From Tubiluchus corallicola (lineage: Eukaryota; Animalia; Priapulida): DNA of 64,000 nucleotides. The notes below the pieces were generated by a model. That model saw nothing but the letters and a program-made list of their open reading frames with translations, did no database searches and had not been told where the DNA came from. Every line of letters starts with the position of its first letter. The stretch's first letter is position 1. Positions 39,601 to 52,046 of this stretch are shown one piece after another. Location: NCBI GenBank assembly GCA_030141605.1, contig JAQGDQ010000401.1:62001-126000 (forward strand), written 5' to 3'. The position numbers and the translations under genes are program-made.

Positions 39601-42600
39601 TGAAAAAATTGCATTAGGAGGAATACAGAGCTTTTTATTAGAATTGTTTGTCTGTTCCACATGCGCACGTTGTTTATGCACGCAAGTTGTTTTTGCGACT
39701 CTCCCTGCTGCAGAAGCAATTTCTCTTGCGTTTCTATATTAAAATGATGATGAATTATCTGGTAGATTAACAAAAATAAAAATGATACCGATAAGTTAAA
39801 GTTAATGTTTTTTTCTTTTTGGCATTTAAAGCCCTGGGAATATGGTGTCAGACCCTTTTACAGATATTTTGGTGTAAAAGTTATTATTTCTGAAAATTAG
39901 TATAGATTTCTCTATTTACATAATTATCTGCACTGTACTGAACGAATGATTTATTGGTTGCACAATTTTTCGAAGTTTTAAATAACATGGGTAAGTGTAT
40001 CCATTCTATGCTGCCTTGCTTATTGTAATCAAATGGTAAGTACTGTTGCTTTTTCCATATGGTACTAACTTTTTGTCTAAACTAGTGCCATGCCACATAA
40101 GTTAGGTACTAAACCAAGTTTGCAGGTAAGTATAAATGTTTTTGTCGTTCACATCAGGAAAACATCCTACCATTCTTTGCCTTTTGTCCATCAAAAAGTG
40201 TATGTGAAGGTGCACATACTTGGGTGTGTATAAGGTATGCCTGTGAATGTGTATGAAGTGCATGTGTGCCTGTTAATGTGTCGCCATGACATGCATGTGT
40301 AAATGTAAAGTGAATGCACTGTGTTTGCAAACTGAGCATATGCTTCGCAATATGCATATTTTGGTTGCTTCTCTGTTTCAAAAAATACTTAGCCAGTAAA
40401 CATTGACTTCAATTTAATGCTCATACCTTTTTTCTTCAAAGTGGATTTCAAGGGATTTTCAATATGTAAGTAAGAATAACTGTTTTACATGTACATCACA
40501 AAAACAACCAAAATGTTGCTCAAGAAAATTTTCAAACTAATTAAAACCTCAGCATACGCTTATTTTGCAGATGTCAGCACCACTGTCACACAAACTTCTA
40601 TGCGAAGTGCTGAAATTGTGTCTACTGATTACACAAATACTGACAAAACCTTCACCTCAGAAGCTAGTGAACAGTCAACTGATTACAGTATGTTAAACAC
40701 CGTTGAAACTAGCACTGGTACTGTCAATAAGATGGTTTTATTAATGTACATATTATATTTGTTTGATATTGTGGAGTGACGCCTCCTCATTTCTGAAATG
40801 AATTTAGCCGTATCTTGTGTACCTTTTATTTAGCAAATGTTAGCACCAGTGTCACAGAAAGTTCTACATACAGCAGTGAATCTGTATTTACTGATTATAC
40901 AAGCACTGATCACAGCTTAAGCTCCGAAGCTACTGAACAGTCAACTGTTTACAGTATGTTAAGCACCATGGAAACTGAAACAGGTACAGTCAACAGCTAG
41001 TCTGTGTTATTTTTGTACATCATATTTTTCAGTTATAGTAGTGTTGTAGCAAACAGCACATTTAAAAAAAATAACTCATTTTTTCTATGACATTGAATTT
41101 CTTAAACAATGGGAAAGTGATGGCATTTGCACTTTCACTCACAGTGGAAGTTTATATTTACAGTAGCCAGCAAACATTTTACGTGGTTTGCATCGCAATT
41201 ACGGCTTACAGTAAAATAGTTTAAGCAGTTAAATATTAAAATTTAATAATGATATTATTAAAATTTAAAGTCCTGGATGAGTTCTCACACCCTCTCAGTG
41301 CCTTTTATTTAGCAAATGTTAGCACCAGTGTCACAGAAAGTTCTACATACAGCAGTGAATCTGTATTTACTGATCTCAGCTTAAGCTTTGAAACTACTGA
41401 ACAATCAACTGTTCACAGTATGTTAAGCACCATGGAAACTGGCACAGGTACAGGGCAACAGCCAAACAGTTATTTTTGTTTATTTCTTTCAGTATGCAGC
41501 GGCGTATAAAGATTTCACAATGCCCTAGTCTGATAGATCTGTCCTGCCCATCTGTTTTGTGAATTTATAATTGATTATGTACTGAACAGGTTCAACAATT
41601 ACATGTAGTGTATTAGTAGTAATATTAACCTAGTTTCTTAATGATCTTTGTTCGTTATATGGCAAATATATAGTAACCGGTTTCAATAACTGCCTGTGGT
41701 ATGTTATACAATGCCTGTTATACAGTGCCTAAAATGTAGTGCCCCCAAGTGTGGTGCCTTTGGTACCCTAGGCTATAGCCTAATTAGCCTATTGGTTAAT
41801 ATGCCCCTGTCAGTATGGTAGCAAGCACCACATTATAAAAACATAATTTGTATATATATAGATATGTGTGTATGTATATATATATATATCGAGATAACCA
41901 TAACTCAGAATAAAGTTTTGAAACCAGTTGTATGTGTGTGAGTACAAGTTTGGAATGAAATTTTTAAATGAATCGAACTGCATACATTTTATTATGCAGA
42001 TATAAGCACTACTGTCACAGAAAGTTCTACGTACAGCAGTGAATTTGCATCTACTGCTTACACAAGCACTGATAACAGCTTAAGCTCTGAAGTTACTGAA
42101 CAGTCAATTGATCACAGCGTGTTAAGCACCATGGAAACTAGAACCGGTACAGCCAATAGTGAATTATTATTTCTATGTATTCTATATTATTTTGATATGT
42201 TTTTTCTTGGACATAGAGTATTGACTGCTTTTTATGTTTCTTACAGTTCTGCATAATGAGCAACACATAATAGGGCAATCAGTGGAAGCTTGGTATTTCT
42301 AATTACAAGACAAACTGGCTTACAGTCATGATTATCAACTCTTACAGACACAATTAATACAAAATGTCACCTGTAATTTTGCTTGCCAATCACTTTTATG
42401 TTCCTTTTTTCTGACTCGAAACAATTTGTCGGACAAAGTGAAAAACCTAACACAGTGATTAATATTTTTAAGCTAGCTATATGTTGCATGGCTTCATACT
42501 GAAAAACAGCAAGAATCAGGACAGAAAAAAGGCAATTACGAAATAGTTTTTTTGTATGGTATTTGGTATTGAACGTTTCACACGGAACTGCATGACTGCA

Positions 42601-45600
42601 CACCTCTAACCAACTAAGAAATTGCAGACTACTGTCATGCGACATACCATGCACTCGAGTGGCATGATTGAATCTAGTTTCCATGTGAAATTAAATAGAT
42701 AAATTTGATTTTGTATGCTAGTAAAATGGCAATATTTCTTCACAGTGTAATTGAGCAATCATGAAACTTCATCAAATCAAATTCATTAATAAAATGTTTC
42801 AGTAGTATATTCATTTCGCTACTTAGAATAGAAGTAAAGAAATTTGAGGGTAATAATAAACACAGTCAAACTTCTTTATACTGCCTACTTATGGACTGCA
42901 GAAAAAAGCTGGCATTAAGGGAGTTTATTATTATAATAAGGTACGTTATTACATGCATGTCTGTGCAAATATAGACATTTTGTTTTATCAAAATATGGTC
43001 TTTAAGTGAGGTTGACATTATAAAGGTGGGCAATATAGCGAGATTTGAATGTAGCTATTGACAATATTTTTAAATTTATATATTTTTATATTTGGTTATT
43101 TTATTTTGCTTTTCTATTACTTTCTGTCTTAATTTTATTTCAAATGCAAGTTGTGTATATTCATATTGGCAGATTCGACTTTTGCCATAGAATAGATAAT
43201 ACTTTTTGCCAGTTTTCCGACAATCATTGAACATTATTTTAGTTTTTTAGCAGTTTACAACTGATGCAGCGAACTCTAATAAAATTTATTGAAATGAATT
43301 GAATTGCATCTTGTACACCTAATTCTGTTGTTTTTTCATGAGGCAGACCAGCCTAATGAAGCACATTAGTATTACAGTCAACAGAAGATGCTAACGTTAA
43401 CACAGCGTTTTTTCTTTTGCAGCTACCACTGTTACAGAAAGTTCAACACACAGCAGTGAATCTACATCAATCTACAGCTAAACTAGTATTTTTGTTTATC
43501 CTTTTTTTCACTAGGGTGGATGGTAGCAGTCCAGTTATAACCATAAATACATATTTTGAAATATGTAAAATTGTATTTAGAGTGACTTTAATTTTGCAGA
43601 TGTCAATATCAATGTCACAGAAAGTTCAACATACAACAGTGAATCTGCATCTACTGATTATACAAGCACTGATAGCAGCTTAAGCTCTGAAGCTGCTGAA
43701 CAGTCAACTGATTACAGTATGTTAAGCACTGTGGAATCTAGTACAGGTACAGTCAGTAGCTAAACTGTTATTTTTGCATACAAAATACTGAACAATCAAT
43801 TTTAAATTTATAGGTTCTGGATTATTAAATATTAAAATTTATTAATAATAATATTAGAATTTAAAGTCCTGGATGAGTGCTCAGTCCTTCTCAGTACCTT
43901 TTATTTAGCAGATGTCAGCACCAGTGTCACAGAAAGTTCTACATACAGCAGTGAATCTGTATCTACTGTTTACACAAGTACTGATAAGAACTTAAGCTTT
44001 GAAGCTACTGAAAATTCGCCTGTTTACAGTTCTTTAAGCACCACGGAAACCAGCACAGGTACTGTCTACAACTAAAGTGGTATTTTTGTTTATCCTGTTT
44101 TCACAGGATAGTAAATAGAAATGTGTCTACGGCAGTTGGAATTTTGCAGATTCAATTGTCACAGAAAGTTCTACTTACAGCGTGAATCTGTGTCTACTGA
44201 CTACACATGCACTAATAACAGTTTATGCTTTGAATCTATGGAAGAATCAACTGATTACAGTACACCAAGTATGATGAAAACTAGCACGGTTACTGTCACT
44301 GTTGTTCATACCATTTCCTACCTCTGTTAGGAGATCAGGGAAGGGGTGTAATTATTTAAAATACATAGTTATAATAAATAGTGAAGTAGCTTTTATATTG
44401 CTCTTGCATTTCTAAAAGTTTTTGTTCGTTGTCTTCTTTTATTTATGCTAAGGGATGTTAAAGCAGAATGCATATGTTATTTGCAATTTTAGCAAATTGC
44501 TCAACTAATACAGACACACCATATATAATATAATGTAATGTAACGTAATGTAATGTAATATAATAATAATGATAATAACCTTTATTTAGAGTTGTCTTTA
44601 AATTCAATCGACAACAAAAGCCTGCCATGAGGTTTTTGTCACCTAATCAACTACAATTACAACTACGTAACAAATTATTATTATTACCCCACTTTTACCC
44701 TAAATACTATCATGAATACTGCACAACCTTGTCCTCTAACCTGCCTTTCTTTGTTTCTTTCCGACCTTACAGGCAAGATTTGTTCCTATGTGGGTTATTT
44801 GCAGGTATGCAATGGCTTATTTACCGAGAGCTGCCTCTTTCACATGCATTTAAGAGTTTTGCTGCAATTTATTTGTATCTACTGCATGTGCGTATCTGTG
44901 TATAACAGGCACATTTTAAAGAGCTGTTATGTGTCTTTAAGGTTTTCAAAATGCTTAAGGGTTTGTTCAGTACACTTCCTAGATTTTGAACTTTGGTTTT
45001 TTGTATTTTGTATTCTGTCGTGAAATAAAATGAAGTATTAAGAAGCTTAGTCTGCTTTCTATCTCTCTAAACAATGCTTGTTGCTATTATAGGCCTATAT
45101 ATTCCAATAACTCAAAAGTTATATGTTTCTTAATAGCTCCAAACTATGTGTGTTGATAACTCCAAAAGTAAATGGCTTTTGTAGTTCTAAAAGCCCTTTG
45201 CTAACCTAGAATATTCAGTTTGTAGTTCAGACTTTCATGGTTAAAGTGTACAGTCACCATACTCGATCATAATTGCATCCTGTGTCCCGGTGCCTTTTTA
45301 TGTAGTTACTTCCCTTAACTTTTGAACATGTCTATGCCTCTGGGCAGCGTATAAGGGGCGACTTGTTGATGATGGCTTTATGGCTTCAAAATAAACAATG
45401 AATGAAATGTAATACCTAATAAACAGTGAATTCAGTGAAGCAATGTGCAGATTTAAATTAATGCACTGCAGGGGTAGCATAGCATAGCTGTCTCTATTTT
45501 GCCTCTTCTGTCTACTTACTCTCTGTTTCACCTCTTTTTTCAATTCGCTTAACAGTTTTTTTTACACTAGCTACTATGCATCATTACACTAAGGAAGTAA

Positions 45601-48600
45601 CGTGACACTTCGTGACAGACCTGATATGCTCAATGTTTAGCAGAAATAAGGATGCTTGCCTTGATACAAAACCGAAATATACAACACTGTCTGGTAAAAA
45701 TTAATAACCCTATAACAATAAGCCTTTCACAGTTTCAGCAGTTGATGATGATCATGAAAAGGTCAAAAGGTTACCAGACAGCGCATTTGTATAAACTTGA
45801 CCATGCTTGTAATTGCAGGATGTAAAGACTACCACTATAACTGTGAATACTGGAGTGATCAGGGTGAATGTGAGAACAATCCAGGTTGGATGGCAGCCAA
45901 TTGCAGGAAATCTTGCAGATATTGTTGCACTGGTATACATTTATAAACACTTTATTTTTTATTTCTATTCATTGCTACAGTTATATTTACCTTAAATATA
46001 TCACACTTTTTAGTTTTTAACAATGTATTTAATGCATTTTAGTTTCTATGAATTTGTGTCATTATGGTCAGTAATAATGATTGTGATTCAGTGGCTTCTT
46101 GGCTTGCTAACCTAGTTTACTATAATGGCTCAAAGGCATTCTTGAGTTATTTCAAAAAGTTGCTGTGTTTAGCAGAGAATTTGAACATCTGTACGGTTTA
46201 TTATTTCGAGTTGAGATTAATGCTCGTAAAGTAGTTAATAAGTCCACAAAGTTATTACAGCAATTAATATCCACAAAGTTAATACAACAATTAATAAGTT
46301 TGCAAAGTTATTACAACAGTTAATTTGTCCACAGAGTTATTACAACAGTTCTAATAAAAGTATTTAAAATATTTTCTTGCTATGCAGGAATCTTAGGAAA
46401 CAAAAAGAACATAACCAACAATGTGATAAACATGCCCACTGGCATTTATTTAGAAATTCTCCAGGATATGTTTCCCCAATGGTCATTTTCATTACTCCAT
46501 ATAAACATAATCTATTTGTTTTGTGCTTTTGTAGATTTTGGATTGAAAATGAGCATTAGGAATGGGCTTTGTTTTTTGTGGTGTTTTTTTTGGGTTTTGT
46601 TTTTGTTTTTTTTTGTTTTTGTGTTGTGTTTTTGTGGGTTGGTTTGGTTTGTTTGTTTTTTGTGTGGGTGTGTGTTTTGTGTTTGTTTGTTTTTGTTTGT
46701 TGTTTGTTTGTTTTTGTTTTTTTTTTTTAGTTGTTTCTCAAAAATTTGTTTTTACAGAGGGGCCGGAACCTTGCAGCGATGAAAAGTACAGTACGGATGG
46801 CACTGGTGATGTAACTGGTGACTGTGCAATCTGGGCTAGTCAAGGCGAATGTGTTAATAATCCTAATTTCCTACTATACAGGTGCAAACTGTCATGTGGT
46901 GTTTGTACAGGTAAGCTATTACAATATTGTCATGAACAGCATCGGGGATGTACCTAGGTAATGATCCACAGTACATTGTTTGTAAAAATAGGGTTAAAAT
47001 TACATCATTTGTGGTATAGTATGTGCTTCACCAATATGTCTGACCTGAATGTGGTTTTAATTTTCCAACTGATTTGTAATTGAATATTTCTAGTTGGCTT
47101 GCAAAAGTGCTGTGACAATGGTACAAGGTTTCGTTGAAACATAAACAATAATTTGCCATGGTTTTATCAACAGCAGTGTTTTGTTTGCATTACAGGTTTA
47201 ACTTTGATTTCAACAGCATCTCAGGAACCTCTTAATAGCTTAAACACTAATAATTAAGAAGAACAGTTTTTCAAAGACTGGTTTTTTGCTTAGTTATTTC
47301 GATTGTATTGCTTGTAAATGTATGGCTGTATGTGTCTTCTTTGATTATAAAGCTCCCAATGTAATTTTGGTTTCATAAATGTCCTCGTAAAGTATAGCTT
47401 TGAAGTGTAGGCTTGATGAAGAAACTGTACAATTAATAAAGGAAAAAATACAATGTTTCAAGCTACCACTGTAGTCTGTAGATAAACCGCAGTGGTAGTT
47501 TGAAAAATCATGTTCTTCCTCTCTTAATTTTAGGATTTTTTTCATTAATTGTCACTAATTAACCTTAAAAAATAAATTTGTGTTATTGAATTGTATTCAT
47601 TAGGTGATTTCTTACCTTATGAACCTTGTGACGTGAACGAATGTGGTGCTGGAGATCCTACACATAATTGCGATCCTAACTTTGGCAGCTGCATTAATAC
47701 TAATGGAAGTTTTACCTGTCAGTGCATAGATGGAGCTATTGACATAAGCACACCAGAGGATGGTCCAGGAACCACTTGCTCGGGTAAGAACCAATAAATG
47801 TGTACATGAATAATACTTTTGGATCCGGAATAAGCAGTGATGGTACTGTTGGTGTTGTTCTAGCATTTATCTTTAAAAGCAATCACAGGCCACAGTTTTC
47901 ATTGTATGAGGCTGAAATCTTGTCTGAAGTTATAGGGCCTTTTAGCAGACCATAGCAGAGCGAGATTTTTTTACTTTGTCGAAAGTGTTATCACGTCAAT
48001 AAATACCTGGCAAGTTCATTTCAGTTAGTTTTGAGAAAAATTGTTTCACTTGCCAAAAAGCAATGGGTTAAAGGAAAATTGATATTATGCTTTTGTTGAC
48101 TAATGGGTTAAGGACATAAGCCCATCTAGTAATGTAATTTTAAACAGCACAAGCATTGCATGAGTATGTTGCATGTGTTAGCACATGTATGCCACATCAC
48201 AGCTGAAGCACATCTGAAGTGAGAGGTACAGTGCCTGTGTATTTATGCAATGCATTTCCGGGATGGAGGCGCTAATGCCCACCCAACTAGTGAATGGCAA
48301 TATATGTGTAACAGCAAAGAACTAGCCGTACTTGTGTGGTAATATTCTTTTATGTAAATCATTCTTTAAAAACAGTATATTCCTTTTCACTGTTTTATGA
48401 GACAGATTTTTTCGATACAGTTTAAGATTGGGCCCAGTTTTCCTTTTAATGAATCACAGTAACATTTGAATATGTATCAAAAGTTGCTTTACTATTCAGT
48501 AAAACAAAAAAAGAAAGTAGTTTTTAAATTAATGGACTTACCAGGTTCTAAATGAAAATTTGCGTCTCCATTGTGTACTGCTTGTTTTCAGAAAGCAGGA

Positions 48601-51590
48601 CTTTTTAGATTCCTACTTGTGTTCAACTGAGAAAGACTTGCCAATCGCGCTATTCCTTTGCCAGGCACTGTACGGTTTAACCCCTCAAGCCCCTCGTGTT
48701 CAACAAAAACTGGTGCAATATTTATTTGTCAATATCTCGCCTAATAAGCCTCAGATCTTCAAATTGTTTTGTGATAAGATGCATCGTTATACTAAGAATA
48801 ATTTTTTTGCCCAAAAATTGACTTACTACATTTCGCGTGAAGATAGGAGAAATATACCTGTTAAAGGGATCTACTGCACTGATATGCTGTTGTGGTTTGT
48901 TTCGGTCTATGTTGTTAGATAGTTACCTAGGCACTGTACTAGGTTTGGAGAATTATTTTCTAAACCAGAAATACACTCTGTAATAGACAAACGTTATAGA
49001 CAGAGTCTATTTCCAGCTTATGAATAAAGATAATAGGCAGCATCTCAACTGCATAGCAAATAGGAGAGCAAGGGGAGCAACCACTCCTCTCGAGCAATTT
49101 TTCAAAATTGGCACCTAGCTGCCTCCAACATGCCTCCCCTGTTTTTGAAATGAATGTGGATTTATGCAACACATTTGTCAAGGTTGACTGATTGAACCAA
49201 GGATCAAATTGCCCAAATCCAATTTGGGCTTCAAAATAAACAATGGGTAAAATAAAATACCTAATAAACAGTGAATTCAATGAAGCCATGTAAAGTTTAG
49301 AATTACTTGCACATTGCAGATTTAAATGAATGTGATGTCAACAATCCAACTCACAACTGCGATCCTGATCTTGCCATTTGCTTGAACGTTGAGGGGAGTT
49401 TTTCTTGTCAGTGCCTTAATGGGACAGTTGACCTGAATGAAGCAAACACTCCAGGGACCGTCTGCTCAGGTAAAAGACAAGTATTATTTTGTTATGGTGT
49501 TTGCGTATTGTAGCTCAGGACTGGATTGTATAGAGTGAAGTCTCGAACTGACACAAACAATGAACTGTAGTCTTCATGAAGAACACTTCAGCAGAGAAAA
49601 TTATTTCTTTGCTAGTCTAAAACAAAGTACAATATCAATAAAGTTTCACTTCATATAGAATTGCAGAGTATAGCATAGTTGTCTCTATTTTGCCTCTTCT
49701 GTCTGTTCTCTGCTTCACCTCTTTTTTTCAGTTCCCTGAACAGCAGCCCATGCTGTTGTAAAAGTAACAATTTTAACAGCTAGTTAGAACCTTACCTTGT
49801 TCATTTTAGCAGATGTCAGCACCAGTGTCACAGAAAGTTCTACATATAGCAGTGATTACGCAAGCACTGATAGCAGCTTGAACTCTGAAGCTAGTGAACA
49901 GTCAACTGATTACACTGTGTTAAGCACCATGGAATCTAGTACAGGTACAGTCAGTAGCTAAACTGTTATTTTTGCATATGAAACACTGAACACCCCCAGG
50001 ATGCTTAGCCAATACCCATGTAAATACACCTATCCTCCATGGAAAAATAGCCAGCATGATGAGTAAAACCACTGACAGTGAGACTTGAGCACTGTGACTA
50101 CCCAGTCATTTATGAAGCAGGTTTAGTGTTGCTAAACTTCAGTTGGTAAGCACTGACAGTGACCGCTCAGCTATTGCTTCCTTCAACCTGAATATGTTGC
50201 AAGTCAATAATGTAATAATTGTGATTCAAACAGTCTGAAGGATGTGATGGTGACAATGACGATGACAATGATGTCTATATTCCTAATGATATTTAATGAA
50301 AAATATTGGCACTATTTCTTTTTCTTTTGTGGTACTTTTTGAGCAAAATAACTTTAAGAGATATAATAGTATAGATGGTATTATTAATGTACATATTATA
50401 TTTGTTTGATATTGTGGAGTGAAGCCTCCTCATTTCAGAAATGAATTTAGCCGTATCTTGTGTACCTTTTATTTAGCAAATGTCAGCACCAGTGTCACAG
50501 AAAGTTCTACATACAGCAGTGAATCTGTATCTACTGATTACACAAGTACTGATAACAACTTAAGCTTTGAAGCTACTGAAAATTTGCCTGTTTACAGTTC
50601 TTTAAGCACCACGGAAACCAGCACAGGTACTGTCTACAACTAAAGTGGTATTTTTGTTTATCCTGTTTTCACAGGATAGTAAATAGAAATGTGTCTAGGG
50701 CAGTTGGAATTTTGCAGATTCAGTTGTCACAGAAAGTTCTACTTACAGCGTGAATCTGTGTCTACTGACTACACATGCACTAATAACAGTTTATGCTCTG
50801 AATCTACAGAAGAATCAACTGATTACAGTACACCAAGTATGATAAAAACTAGCACGGTTACTGTCACTGTTGTTCATACCATTTCCTACCTCTGTTAGGA
50901 GATCAGGGAAGGGGTGTAATTATTTAAAATACATAGTTATAATAAATAGCGAATTAGCTTTTATCGATTTTGGTGCTGCACTTTGTGCAGAAGTTCTTTT
51001 GACGTAATTTACCATGCGTCACAATACAAAACAAAGTACATTCTGAAAAGACCTGTGCATTTCTCATACATTTTCTGCTTGCAGATTTAAGCAGCATTGT
51101 TTTGGAAAATTCTTCTTACAACAGTGAGACTACGTCGACTGATTACACAAATACCGATGTTAGTTTTACATTTAAAACTCCCGAAGATGTATCTGGTGCT
51201 ACTGTACTAAGTACCATAGAAACTAATGCAGGTATTATTGATGGTAAAAGTTTATTTTACCTCTTTTTTTAACTCTTAGAGTTTGGAAAATGTGTAAGTA
51301 TGCAATCTGTATAGTTATTGCTTGGAAGTCTGTAACCTACTTAATAGGTATTCATTGATAATCTGGAAAGAATGTGAGCCGAAAAAGTTGCATGCAGGTT
51401 TGTATTTTACCACAGAACTTTATTATACAACTCTGTAGAGTGATAACCCAGACATGAAAAAAAATTCAGTCTGTGATGCCTGGTTTTAGTAATAAAATGG
51501 TAAGTACATTTGGTTTTTCCATACAAAACAGTACTTTATATTAGAAAAATCCGGCCTATTAATCTCTGCCTTTTCTGTGTGGAAAATGTG

Positions 51591-51621
<31 letters not shown>

Positions 51622-52013
51622 GTGCATGCGTGACACATTTGTAAATCAATGCACTTGTGAAACAGAGCATTTGTTCCATGCATCAGCAAAATTATGGAAC
51701 AAGCTTTTTTTTTATTTAAACAGGCTATCAAAACATTGCATCATAACAAAGTGTTGCAGTCTTTTACTCGTAGTTTTAAATTATGAAGCACCTGAAGCAT
51801 TTTGTCAGGTTCTCATTTTTATTGACAATTAGTAATCCTTAATGGTTCATAATTGCTCTTGCATTTCTAGAAGTTTTTGTTCGTTGTTTTCTTTTATTTA
51901 TGCTAAGGGATGTTAAAGCAGAATGCATATGTCATTTGCAATTTTAGCAAATTGCTCAACTAATACAGACACACCATATATAATATAATGTTATGTAACG
52001 TAATGTAATGTAA

Positions 52014-52046
<33 letters not shown>

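Noticed and set aside
46423-46957. Phe/Val/Cys-rich ORFs as a transmembrane protein
   Set aside because: Translation of the G/T low-complexity tract; only 46758-46910 (ShK exon) is real.
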